From: Mycobacterium tuberculosis H37Rv
GTDB lineage: Bacteria; Actinomycetota; Actinomycetes; Mycobacteriales; Mycobacteriaceae
DNA length: 32,000 nucleotides
Assembly (NCBI RefSeq): GCF_000195955.2
Contig: NC_000962.3
Location: 4,140,001 to 4,172,000, forward strand
Reading direction: 5' to 3'
Each line of letters starts with the position of its first letter. The first letter of the stretch is position 1. Position numbers and translations under genes: made by a program. Positions 10,030 through 21,814 of this stretch are shown here, in pieces. The notes under the pieces are model-generated. The model ran no database searches. It worked only from the letters and a program-made list of their open reading frames with translations, and was not told the origin of the DNA.

Positions 10030-11178
10030 CTACGGGTCTGACCAGGGCTTGAACGGGTTGACCGCGAACTGAATCACCCGGTACGGCCCATTCTGCCGGG
10101 CCCGAGTGTCCCACTGGCTGACGAAGATCCGCAGTTCGTCGATGGTGGACCCGGGCGAGATGTAGCCGCCATACGGTTGTGCGAGTCGATTGTCGTAGGG
10201 CGGTGGCAGGCTTTCCGCCGGCTCCGGCCACTCGTCGTGGCGCACCACCGTGGTCACCGGGGCGGCGCCCAGCGACGTCGGGTGGTGTGCCACCCGAACC
10301 TCCATGTTGCCGGTGCTGGCGTTGAAATACGACAGCACCGTCTGGCCGTCGATCTGACGGATGCTCATCTCGCCGAGCTGGTCGGGCCAGAGCGGAGTCG
10401 GCGGCTTGTTCCAACCGCCGTCGGGGCCGCCCGCCCAGCCCTGCCAGCGGGACCGGTCGGTGAACGATTCCGGGGTGGCCCGATACAGCACCGCCGGCTC
10501 CCCACGGGTGAAGCTGTCGGCCACGATGTAGACCCACCCAGTTGGCGAATCGGGCGTGGGAACCGGGTCGTAGTATCCGCTGATCTGTGTCTGCCGGCCG
10601 TCCTGGTAGGCGGCGTTGCGCCTGGACCCCGACACGGTCTGCCAGCCGCCGCGCGCCGCCTCGGCCCGCACCAGGCGGGAATTCTGCGGCTGCAGGTCCT
10701 TGGTGGTGGTCACCATCAGGTAGTTGCGGCGGTTGATCTGCACCACACCGGCGGGCAGCTGTGAGTCTCCAGGCGGCGTGGGATCGGCCAGCAGCGGCGT
10801 GCCGACGCCGGTGACACCGGTGTAGCGCACCCCGGCCGGATCGTCGATCGACTCGGTGTCGACGTGCAGCGCGACCGGCGCATACCAGCCACCGAACCCG
10901 ACACCCTGACCGGCGAAGCTGTCCCCGCACACCTGCAGCAGTTGACTGGGGAATTCCACGAACTCGCACAGGTCGGTGGCACCGATGCCGTAGTCCCCGG
11001 TGGGGGTTCCGGTACCGGCCGTCGGACCGATTCGCAGCACTTGACCGGGCGCCAGCGGCGGCAGGATGGGCCGGGGCGCCGGCGCCGGCGGATCGGCGCG
11101 TGCATACCAAACACATTGCGGGACAAGGAAAGACACTACCAGCGAGCACCGCACGACCCAGGCGGAGCACACCCGCAT
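10030..11178 (-). CDS. Secreted DUF4185-like (beta-propeller-type) protein with N-terminal signal peptide
   Basis: 382-aa ORF; signal-like MRVCSAWVVRCSLVVSFLVPQCVWYARADPPAP; repetitive WxG/YF motifs. Starts one base downstream of the asd stop. Confidence 0.75.
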   Translation of the reverse strand: MRVCSAWVVRCSLVVSFLVPQCVWYARADPPAPAPRPILPPLAPGQVLRIGPTAGTGTPTGDYGIGATDLCEFVEFPSQLLQVCGDSFAGQGVGFGGWYAPVALHVDTESIDDPAGVRYTGVTGVGTPLLADPTPPGDSQLPAGVVQINRRNYLMVTTTKDLQPQNSRLVRAEAARGGWQTVSGSRRNAAYQDGRQTQISGYYDPVPTPDSPTGWVYIVADSFTRGEPAVLYRATPESFTDRSRWQGWAGGPDGGWNKPPTPLWPDQLGEMSIRQIDGQTVLSYFNASTGNMEVRVAHHPTSLGAAPVTTVVRHDEWPEPAESLPPPYDNRLAQPYGGYISPGSTIDELRIFVSQWDTRARQNGPYRVIQFAVNPFKPWSDP

Positions 11179-11179
11179 A

Positions 11180-12217
<1,038 letters not shown>

Positions 12218-12736
12218 CTACCGTCCCGTCCCCGCGTACACCGTGGCCTCCTCGTCGCCGCCGAGCCCGAACGCTTCATGCAGCGCGACCACGGCCTTGT
12301 CCAGTTCGGTGTCGCGGCACAACACCGAGATCCTGATCTCCGAGGTGGAGATCAGCTCGATGTTGACCCCCACCGCCGCCAGCGCCTCACAGAACGTCGC
12401 GGTGACCCCGGGGTGGCTGCGCATGCCGGCACCGATCAGCGATACCTTGCCGATGTGGTCGTCGTACAGCAGCTGTGAGAAGCCGATCTCGTTTCTGAGC
12501 GAGTCCAGTTTTTCCACGGCGGCGGGCCCGACGTCGCGGGAGCAGGTGAAGGTGATGTCGGTCTTGCCGTCCTCGACCTTGGAGACGTTCTGCAGCACCA
12601 TGTCGATGTTGACGTCGGCGTCGGCCACCGCCCTAAACACCTTGGCCGCATACCCGGGGATGTCGGGCAGCCCGACGATGGTCACCTTGGCCTCGCTGCG
12701 GTCGTGCGCGACTCCGGTCAGGATGGGGTCTTCCAT
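12218..12736 (-). CDS. Putative aspartokinase beta subunit from in-frame internal ATG (172 aa)
   Basis: Internal ATG at 12736 ([22 protein letters not shown]), preceded by AAGGA seven bases upstream; same arrangement as lysC-beta in Corynebacterium. Confidence 0.65.
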   Translation of the reverse strand: MEDPILTGVAHDRSEAKVTIVGLPDIPGYAAKVFRAVADADVNIDMVLQNVSKVEDGKTDITFTCSRDVGPAAVEKLDSLRNEIGFSQLLYDDHIGKVSLIGAGMRSHPGVTATFCEALAAVGVNIELISTSEIRISVLCRDTELDKAVVALHEAFGLGGDEEATVYAGTGR

Positions 12737-13483
12737 GGGTACGTCCTTGATCGATCCGACAACGACGGTGCCCGGTCTGTCCGAGTACGACGACCGGACG
12801 TGCACCGGAATATTATGGCGGCGAGCGTATTCCACGCAGCGCAGCATCAGCACCTTGGCGCCGCAGGCCGCCATCTCGAGCATTTCCTCGAAGGTCACGG
12901 TGTCGAGCTTTCGGGCGTTGCGCACGATGCGCGGGTCGGCGCTGAAGATGCCGTCCACGTCGGTGTAGATCTCACAGACATCGGCACCCAGCGCGGCGGC
13001 CATGGCGACGGCGGTGGTGTCCGAGCCGCCGCGGCCCAACGTCGTGACATCCTTGGTGTCCTGGCTGACCCCTTGGAATCCGGCCACCAAAACGACCCGC
13101 CCCTCCTCAAGGGCGGTTTGCAGCCGCCCCGGCGTGACGTCGATGATCTTGGCGTTGCCGTGGGTGCCGGTGGTGATCACCCCGGCCTGCGAACCGGTGA
13201 ACGACCGGGCATGCGCGCCGAGCGACTCGATGGCCATGGCCACCAACGCATTCGAGATGCGTTCACCGGCGGTAAGCAGCATGTCCAGCTCCCGAGGCGG
13301 CGGCGCCGGGCACACCTGCTGAGCCAGATCCAGCAGGTCGTCGGTGGTATCCCCCATGGCAGAGACGACGACGACGACGTCATTGCCTTGCTTCTTGGTG
13401 GCGACGATGCGTTCGGCGACGCGGCGAATCCGTTCGGCGTCGGCCACCGAGGATCCGCCGTACTTCTGCACGACGAGCGCCAC
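12218..13483 (-). CDS. ask: Aspartokinase (alpha subunit; internal start probably gives the beta subunit)
   Basis: 421 aa from GTG at 13483: [27 protein letters not shown]...; ACT domains at the C-terminus. Confidence 0.97.
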   Translation of the reverse strand: MALVVQKYGGSSVADAERIRRVAERIVATKKQGNDVVVVVSAMGDTTDDLLDLAQQVCPAPPPRELDMLLTAGERISNALVAMAIESLGAHARSFTGSQAGVITTGTHGNAKIIDVTPGRLQTALEEGRVVLVAGFQGVSQDTKDVTTLGRGGSDTTAVAMAAALGADVCEIYTDVDGIFSADPRIVRNARKLDTVTFEEMLEMAACGAKVLMLRCVEYARRHNIPVHVRSSYSDRPGTVVVGSIKDVPMEDPILTGVAHDRSEAKVTIVGLPDIPGYAAKVFRAVADADVNIDMVLQNVSKVEDGKTDITFTCSRDVGPAAVEKLDSLRNEIGFSQLLYDDHIGKVSLIGAGMRSHPGVTATFCEALAAVGVNIELISTSEIRISVLCRDTELDKAVVALHEAFGLGGDEEATVYAGTGR

Positions 13484-13544
13484 TGTTTCCCTTTCCGGGG
13501 AAGATTGGAGACAGGTCCAGAATAGGGGGCGCGCCGGCCTGCGC

Positions 13545-13601
13545 TGACTCTGCGTCCACCACGGGAATGTGCGAGTAGCCCACACGGTGGACGCAGAGTC
13601 A
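13545..13601. repeat. 16-bp perfect inverted repeat tgactctgcgtccacc-N25-ggtggacgcagagtca between divergent ask and leuA
   Basis: Arms 13545-13560 and 13586-13601 read directly. Confidence 0.85.
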
Positions 13602-13606
13602 ACGTG

Positions 13607-13612
13607 TAAAGT
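13607..13612 (+). promoter_or_regulatory. Putative -10 element (TAAAGT, matches mycobacterial TAnnnT)
   Basis: Five-base spacing before the A of the ATG at 13618, consistent with a leaderless transcript start. Confidence 0.4.
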
Positions 13613-13617
13613 GCTTC

Positions 13618-15674
<2,057 letters not shown>

Positions 15675-15739
15675 GACGGCGCTGAACTAGGGTCGGGGTC
15701 CGCGGCATGATTTTTCGCAGTGACGTTCCGCTCGCCGTT

Positions 15740-16729
15740 TCAGAACAACGCTAACTGCTTTTCGACGGGAGCGACGTCGGTGAAGTCCTCCACGCTGGCG
15801 CCCCCGACGACGGCACCGATGCACTCCATGAATCGCGCTTCAGGCATCACCGGAACCCCCAGCTGCAGGGCGTGATAGCCCTTGCCGTGTTCGGGGGCGG
15901 TCGCGTTGCAGACCACCAGTGAGGTATCCCGGTCTACGACGTCGCTGTAGGCCAGCCCGGCGTGCAGAATCCGTTCGACGAGTTCCTCGTGGGTCCGTTT
16001 TACCTCGGCCGCCAGCCCCACCCGCATGCCCTGGACCAGCGGGCGGCCCTGGACATACCGGCCCGGGTTGAGGTAGGGGCAGGCCATCCGGGCTGCCACG
16101 GCCTTCAGCGGTCGCAGCTCGTCGTGAGTCACCCGGCCGTTGGGCCACCGGCGCCGTGTCACCGGGTGCACCGGCAGCCAGACGTCGAGTTCGCGCGCAC
16201 TCTCTAGGGCAGCTGCCAGTATCCCGGTCAATACCCGGACGTCGTCGAATGCATCGTGCGGCCGTTGCTGGGGCACACCCCAATGCGCGGCAAGTGTCTC
16301 CAGCCGCAGATTGTCGACGCCAAGCTGCAGCCGGCGGGCCAGCTCGACCGTGCACATGACGAAGTCAACCGGGAGTTCGGCCTCGGCGATCTCGGCCTCC
16401 GCAGCGAGAAACGCATAGTCGAACGCGACATTGTGCGCGACCAGAGTGCGCCCGCGCAGCACGTCGACAACCTCACCGGCGATATCGGCGAACTGTGGCT
16501 GGCCATCGAGCATGGCGGCGGTCAGGCCGTGCACGTGGGTGGGGCCCGGGTCCACCTTGGGATTTAGCAGGCTGACCACGGATTGCTCTAGTCGGCCGGC
16601 GGCGTCCAGGCCGAGCACCGCAAGGCTGATGATCCGGGCCTGGCCCGGCCGAAAGCCCGAGGTCTCGACGTCGATGACGGCCCAACCCCGATCCTGGTGG
16701 CTGGCTGGCCGTCCCCAGGTGTGGCTCAC
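15740..16729 (-). CDS. dnaQ: DnaQ-like DEDD 3'-5' exonuclease with BRCT-like C-terminal segment
   Basis: 329 aa; WAVIDVETSGFRPGQARIISLAV (ExoI), LVAHNVAFDYAFLAAE (ExoII), RPHDAFDDVRVLTGI (ExoIII). Confidence 0.93.
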   Translation of the reverse strand: MSHTWGRPASHQDRGWAVIDVETSGFRPGQARIISLAVLGLDAAGRLEQSVVSLLNPKVDPGPTHVHGLTAAMLDGQPQFADIAGEVVDVLRGRTLVAHNVAFDYAFLAAEAEIAEAELPVDFVMCTVELARRLQLGVDNLRLETLAAHWGVPQQRPHDAFDDVRVLTGILAAALESARELDVWLPVHPVTRRRWPNGRVTHDELRPLKAVAARMACPYLNPGRYVQGRPLVQGMRVGLAAEVKRTHEELVERILHAGLAYSDVVDRDTSLVVCNATAPEHGKGYHALQLGVPVMPEARFMECIGAVVGGASVEDFTDVAPVEKQLALF

Positions 16730-16800
16730 AAGACGAGGATGACACGTCCGAGCGACATCACCTGGTCGCTACGCATCGTGTCGGCCCGTAAAACCCGGAC

Positions 16801-16967
16801 GCGGGCGACCCGCCGCACCCGGCGACAAGCGCCGAGCTTGCGATCGCCCTGAATCCAACGCGGGCGACCCGCCGCACCCGGCGACAAGCGCCGAGCTTGC
16901 GATCGCCCTGAATCCAACGCGGGCGACCCGCCGCACCCGGCGACAAGCGCCGAGCTTGCGATCGCCC
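16801..16967. repeat. 59-bp tandem repeat, about 2.8 copies (VNTR), in the divergent dnaQ/murT intergenic region
   Basis: Unit gcgggcgacccgccgcacccggcgacaagcgccgagcttgcgatcgccctgaatccaac starting at 16801, 16860 and 16919 (last partial, 49 bp). Confidence 0.97.
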
Positions 16968-16980
16968 GTAAACTGCCCGG

Positions 16981-18222
16981 GTGGTAACCACCCGGGCACG
17001 CCTGGCCCTAGCCGCCGGCGCGGGCGCACGCTGGGCGTCGCGGGTCACCGGTCGCGGCGCCGGAGCGATGATCGGCGGTCTGGTCGCCATGACCCTGGAC
17101 CGCTCGATCCTGCGCCAACTCGGGATGGGCCGGCGCACCGTCGTCGTCACCGGCACCAACGGCAAGTCGACCACCACACGGATGACCGCGGCCGCGCTGG
17201 GCACGTTGGGAGCCGTGGCCACCAACGCCGAGGGCGCCAACATGGACGCCGGCCTGGTGGCCGCGCTCGCCGCTCACCGCGACGCCGAGCTGGCGGTGCT
17301 GGAAGTCGACGAGATGCACGTACCGCACATCTCCGATGCCGTCGATCCCGCCGTCGTCGTCTTGCTCAACCTCTCCCGAGACCAGCTGGACCGGGTCGGC
17401 GAGATCAACGTCATCGAACGCACACTGCGGGCCGGGCTGGCCCGGCACCCCGACGCTGTCGTGGTCGCCAACTGCGACGACGTGCTGATGACCTCGGCCG
17501 CCTACGACAGCCCCAACGTCGTTTGGGTGGCTGCCGGCGGCGCGTGGTCAAACGATTCGGTCAGCTGCCCGCGCAGCGGCGAGGTCATCGTTCGCAAGGC
17601 CCCCTCTCAGGAAGACCACTGGTACTCCACCGGCGCCGACTTCAAGCGGCCCGCCCCGCACTGGTGGTTCGACGACGCCACGCTGTATGGGCCCGACGGG
17701 CTGGCGCTGCCGATGCGGCTGGCACTGCCAGGCTCGGTGAATCGCGGCAACGCCGCCCAAGCCGTGGCCGCCGCAGTCGCCCTCGGCGCCGATCCGGCTG
17801 TGGCCGTCGCCGCCGTCTGCCAGGTCGACGAGGTCGCCGGACGCTACCGGACCGTTCGTATCGGCGCGCACCAAGCCCGGATCCTGCTGGCCAAAAACCC
17901 GGCCGGCTGGCAGGAAGCGCTGGCGATGGTCGACAAGCATGCAGACGGGGTGGTCATCGCGGTCAACGGGCGGGTTCCTGACGGCGAGGACCTGTCCTGG
18001 TTGTGGGACGTGCGCTTCGAGCACTTCGAGAAGACCCGAGTGGTAGCCGCTGGGGAGCGCGGCACCGATTTGGCGGTTCGCCTCGGATATGCAGGCGTCG
18101 AGCACACCCTGGTGCACGACACCGTGGCCGCCATCGCCTCATGCCCACCCGGGCGGGTGGAGGTCGTCGCCAACTACACCGCGTTCCTGCAGCTGCAACG
18201 AGCATTGGCGCGTCGTGGCTGA
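16981..18222 (+). CDS. murT: Lipid II isoglutaminyl synthase, Mur-ligase-like subunit MurT
   Basis: 413 aa; VVVTGTNGKSTTTRMTAAALGTLG ATP-binding motif; followed by the GatD partner. Confidence 0.93.
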   Translation: MVTTRARLALAAGAGARWASRVTGRGAGAMIGGLVAMTLDRSILRQLGMGRRTVVVTGTNGKSTTTRMTAAALGTLGAVATNAEGANMDAGLVAALAAHRDAELAVLEVDEMHVPHISDAVDPAVVVLLNLSRDQLDRVGEINVIERTLRAGLARHPDAVVVANCDDVLMTSAAYDSPNVVWVAAGGAWSNDSVSCPRSGEVIVRKAPSQEDHWYSTGADFKRPAPHWWFDDATLYGPDGLALPMRLALPGSVNRGNAAQAVAAAVALGADPAVAVAAVCQVDEVAGRYRTVRIGAHQARILLAKNPAGWQEALAMVDKHADGVVIAVNGRVPDGEDLSWLWDVRFEHFEKTRVVAAGERGTDLAVRLGYAGVEHTLVHDTVAAIASCPPGRVEVVANYTAFLQLQRALARRG

Positions 18223-18226
18223 TTCT

Positions 18227-18922
18227 GTGGTGCGGATCGGGCTCGTGCTGCCCGACGTGATGGGCACCTACGGCGACGGCGGCAACGCCGTGGTGCTACG
18301 ACAGCGGCTGCTGCTGCGCGGCATCGCCGCCGAGATCGTCGAGATCACGCTGGCCGATCCAGTGCCGGATTCGCTGGACCTCTACACGCTGGGCGGAGCG
18401 GAGGACTACGCGCAGCGGCTGGCCACCCGGCACCTACGTCGATATCCGGGCCTGCAACGCGCGGCGGGCCGGGGTGCTCCAGTATTGGCGATCTGCGCGG
18501 CCATCCAGGTGCTTGGGCACTGGTACGAGACGTCGTCGGGAGACCGGGTCGACGGCGTGGGGTTGCTGGATGTGACCACGTCACCGCAGGATGCGCGCAC
18601 CATCGGCGAGTTGGTCAGCAAGCCGTTGCTGGCCGGTTTGACCCAACCCTTGACCGGTTTTGAGAACCACCGCGGCGGCACCGTCCTCGGGCCCGGAACG
18701 TCGCCCTTGGGCGCGGTGGTCAAGGGAGCCGGCAACCGGGCCGGCGACGGTTTTGATGGCGCGGTTGCGGGCAGCGTGGTCGCGACCTACATGCACGGGC
18801 CGTGCCTGGCCCGCAACCCGGAGCTTGCCGACCTGCTGCTGAGCAAGGTGGTTGGTGAGCTGGCGCCGCTGGATTTGCCCGAGGTGGACCTGCTGCGCCG
18901 CGAACGGCTATCCGCGCGTTAG
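18227..18922 (+). CDS. gatD: Lipid II isoglutaminyl synthase, glutamine amidotransferase subunit GatD (CobB/CobQ-like)
   Basis: VVRIGLVLPDVMGTYGDGGNAVVLRQRLLLRG...VLAICAAIQVLGHWYE. Alternative upstream GTG at 18215 would overlap the murT stop. Confidence 0.92.
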   Translation: MVRIGLVLPDVMGTYGDGGNAVVLRQRLLLRGIAAEIVEITLADPVPDSLDLYTLGGAEDYAQRLATRHLRRYPGLQRAAGRGAPVLAICAAIQVLGHWYETSSGDRVDGVGLLDVTTSPQDARTIGELVSKPLLAGLTQPLTGFENHRGGTVLGPGTSPLGAVVKGAGNRAGDGFDGAVAGSVVATYMHGPCLARNPELADLLLSKVVGELAPLDLPEVDLLRRERLSAR

Positions 18923-18930
18923 GTGGGGCG

Positions 18931-19821
18931 TTAGGGCCGCCATCCCCTGGCCAGCAGAGCGGCACGCACGCGGTTCACCACGTCGTCGGGGTTGTCCTCG
19001 GCGATCACGCGAATGACGATCCAGCCCAACTCGGCCAGCTTGCGGAGCCGCCGCTGGTCTTTCACGTAGCGACCGCGGTCGCTGCGATGCTGATCACCGT
19101 CGTACTCGGCGGCCACCATGTATTTCTCCCAGCCCATGTCGAGCACGCCAACGTTGCGCCAGCGGTGGACCACCGGAATTTGCGTCGTGGGGACTGGCAG
19201 GCCGGCGTCGATCAACAACAGCCGCAGCCAGGTCTCCTTGGGCGACGCGGCGCCGCCATCAACAAGGGGCAGCACGTCACGCAACCGGCGGACACCTCGG
19301 GCGCCCGCGTGACGCTTGGCCAATAGAAGCACGTCGTCGCGGGAAAACGGGGTGGCACGCATGAGGGCATCGAGACGAGCCACGGCTTCGCCGCGGGACA
19401 GATGGCGGCCGAGGTCGTATGCCGTCCGCGCCAGTGTGGTGACCGGCAGGCCCACCACCCTGGTGATCTCGTCGTCGCACAAGGTCTCACGACGTATGAC
19501 AAGACCGTGCTGCGGGCGGGTAGTGGGAGAAATCAGCTCGATGGCCACGTCGACGTCCACCCACTGAGCACCATGCAGCGCAGAGGCCGCATTACCAGCT
19601 ATGACGCCATGGCGCCTCGTGGCTAGCCAGGCGCCAACCGTGCGATCCCAAAGTGTGGGCACTGAGCGCCTCGAGACGTACACACCGCGGAACATCGGCT
19701 GATACCAACGTTGCAGCTCGTGCCTGGTCAGGCGACCAGCGGTGATGGCCTCGCTGCCGATGAAGACGTCACCCATGACGGACATGCTGGCACTCCGCAC
19801 CGACATCCGTGAGATCAACAT
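18931..19821 (-). CDS. AbiEi-antitoxin-like N-terminus plus DUF559/Vsr-like nuclease-fold C-terminus
   Basis: 296 aa from ATG 19821; GEVFI-like N-terminal segment, RELQRWY/FRGVYVSR pattern, C-terminal KYMVAAEYDGDQHRSDRGRYVKDQRRLRKLAELGWIVIRV. Confidence 0.75.
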   Translation of the reverse strand: MLISRMSVRSASMSVMGDVFIGSEAITAGRLTRHELQRWYQPMFRGVYVSRRSVPTLWDRTVGAWLATRRHGVIAGNAASALHGAQWVDVDVAIELISPTTRPQHGLVIRRETLCDDEITRVVGLPVTTLARTAYDLGRHLSRGEAVARLDALMRATPFSRDDVLLLAKRHAGARGVRRLRDVLPLVDGGAASPKETWLRLLLIDAGLPVPTTQIPVVHRWRNVGVLDMGWEKYMVAAEYDGDQHRSDRGRYVKDQRRLRKLAELGWIVIRVIAEDNPDDVVNRVRAALLARGWRP

Positions 19822-19888
19822 TTTGCAGGCAAGGTGCGAGTAGCGGCCTGCAGAACGTTGATCTCGGCGAAAGTCGGATGTCGGCGAA

Positions 19889-20500
19889 TCAGGCGAGCAC
19901 GCGGCGGCCGGCGAGCGCTCGGCCCAGGGTGAGCTCGTCGGCGAATTCCAGGTCACCGCCCATCGGCAGCCCGGACGCGATCCGTGTGACGGTCAGGCCG
20001 GGGATGTCGCGCAGCATTCGCACCAGGTAGGTGGCCGTCGCCTCGCCCTCGGTGTTGGGGTCGGTGGCGATGATGACCTCGGTGACGTCGACGTCGTCGA
20101 CCCGTTCCCCGATGCGGCTCAGCAGTTCGCGGATCCGCAGCTGATCCGGCCCAATTCCGGACAGCGGGTCAAGCGCCCCGCCCAGGACGTGATAGCGACC
20201 CCGGAACTCGCGGGTGCGCTCGACGGCCTGGATGTCTTTGGGTTCCTCGACAATGCACACCACGGACGCATCGCGACGGATATCAGAGCAGATTCTGCAA
20301 CGCTCGTTGTCAGAGACATTCCCACACACCGCGCAGAATCGCACGCCGTCCCGAACCTTCGCCAGCACACCGGTCAGCCGGTCGATGTCCGACGGTTCTA
20401 CCGACAACAGGTGGAAGGCGATTCGCTGCGCACTCTTGGGTCCGATCCCCGGCAACTTGCCGAGTTCGTCAATCAGGTCCTGGACGGGTCCCTCAAACAT
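19889..20500 (-). CDS. recR: Recombination mediator protein RecR
   Basis: 203 aa [32 protein letters not shown]...[18 protein letters not shown]...[24 protein letters not shown]. Confidence 0.98.
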   Translation of the reverse strand: MFEGPVQDLIDELGKLPGIGPKSAQRIAFHLLSVEPSDIDRLTGVLAKVRDGVRFCAVCGNVSDNERCRICSDIRRDASVVCIVEEPKDIQAVERTREFRGRYHVLGGALDPLSGIGPDQLRIRELLSRIGERVDDVDVTEVIIATDPNTEGEATATYLVRMLRDIPGLTVTRIASGLPMGGDLEFADELTLGRALAGRRVLA

Positions 20501-20511
20501 GTCGGTGCAGG

Positions 20512-20913
20512 TCAGATCCCTGGTACAGGTGGTGCGCCCGGCGCACCCGGCATACCCGGCATACCCGGCATACCTGGCGCTCCCGGCGGCGCAGCCGGTG
20601 GTGCCGGCGGGCGCATCGCGCCGGCCAATGCACCCAGCCGTTCCTGCGCCATCTTCGTCACCTGCTGGGACGCGTCGCGCATCGCACCGACGATCAGGTC
20701 CTGCAAGGTCTCGATGTCGTCGGGATCGACGACCTTGGGGTCGATCGTCACGCCGATCACCTCCCCGCTGCCTTTGACGACGACCTTGACCAGGCCCCCA
20801 CCGGCTTGACCGTGCACCTCAGAGTTCGCCAGCTGTTGCTGGGCCTCCAGGAGCTTTTGCTGCATCTGCTGCGCCTGAGCGAGCAGCGCCGACATGTCGC
20901 CTCCGGGTTGCAT
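20512..20913 (-). CDS. YbaB/EbfC-family nucleoid-associated protein with collagen-like C-terminal tail
   Basis: 133 aa; [67 protein letters not shown]; upstream of recR as is typical. Confidence 0.93.
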
Positions 20914-21047
20914 GACAGTCCCCTAGCATCTTGGTCTCGAGTTGGTTTCGCCTGTGGTTGTCGGGCGATTCGGAACATTCAGCCTAGACCGCGCCGCGTT
21001 ACCTTTGCGCCGTGGACCTACGAGTTGGCCCGCGTGTCGGGTTCGCC

Positions 21048-21773
21048 ATGATAGTCGGGGTACTCGTCGCAGCAGCGACGCCGATCATCTCGTCCGCGAG
21101 CGCAACCCCCGCCAACATCGCCGGCATGGTCGTCTTCATCGACCCCGGACACAACGGAGCCAACGACGCATCGATCGGCCGCCAGGTACCCACCGGTCGC
21201 GGCGGCACCAAGAACTGCCAGGCCAGCGGAACGTCAACCAACAGCGGCTACCCGGAGCACACCTTCACCTGGGAAACCGGGCTGCGGCTGCGGGCCGCGT
21301 TGAACGCATTGGGGGTTCGGACCGCCCTGTCACGTGGCAACGACAACGCGCTCGGACCGTGTGTCGATGAGCGCGCCAATATGGCCAACGCGTTGCGCCC
21401 CAACGCGATCGTGAGCCTGCACGCCGACGGCGGACCGGCGTCTGGCCGCGGATTCCACGTCAACTACTCGGCCCCGCCGCTCAACGCGATACAGGCCGGT
21501 CCCTCGGTTCAGTTCGCTCGAATCATGCGCGACCAGCTGCAGGCCTCGGGCATTCCGAAGGCGAACTACATCGGCCAGGACGGCCTGTACGGACGTTCGG
21601 ACTTGGCCGGCCTGAACCTAGCCCAATATCCGTCGATCCTGGTCGAGTTGGGCAACATGAAGAACCCCGCGGACTCGGCGCTGATGGAGTCCGCCGAGGG
21701 CAGGCAAAAATACGCCAACGCCCTGGTTCGCGGCGTCGCCGGCTTCCTGGCCACCCAGGGCCAGGCGCGTTAG
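21048..21773 (+). CDS. Secreted N-acetylmuramoyl-L-alanine amidase (Amidase_3)
   Basis: Signal peptide MIVGVLVAAATPIISSASATPA; VVFIDPGHNGAND zinc-ligand motif, RPNAIVSLHADG, LVELGNMKNPADSALM. Confidence 0.93.
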   Translation: MIVGVLVAAATPIISSASATPANIAGMVVFIDPGHNGANDASIGRQVPTGRGGTKNCQASGTSTNSGYPEHTFTWETGLRLRAALNALGVRTALSRGNDNALGPCVDERANMANALRPNAIVSLHADGGPASGRGFHVNYSAPPLNAIQAGPSVQFARIMRDQLQASGIPKANYIGQDGLYGRSDLAGLNLAQYPSILVELGNMKNPADSALMESAEGRQKYANALVRGVAGFLATQGQAR

Positions 21774-21814
21774 CCCCGCACACAGGCGGCACCCCCACCG
21801 CGCCCGCATCGTCG

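Noticed and set aside
16801-16967. Possible CRISPR-like array
   Set aside because: The units are contiguous 59-bp tandem repeats with no unique spacers, and there are no cas genes in the window.
16956-17981. 341-aa plus-strand ORF in another frame of murT
   Set aside because: Extremely Arg/Gly/His-rich out-of-frame translation over a well-supported Mur ligase.
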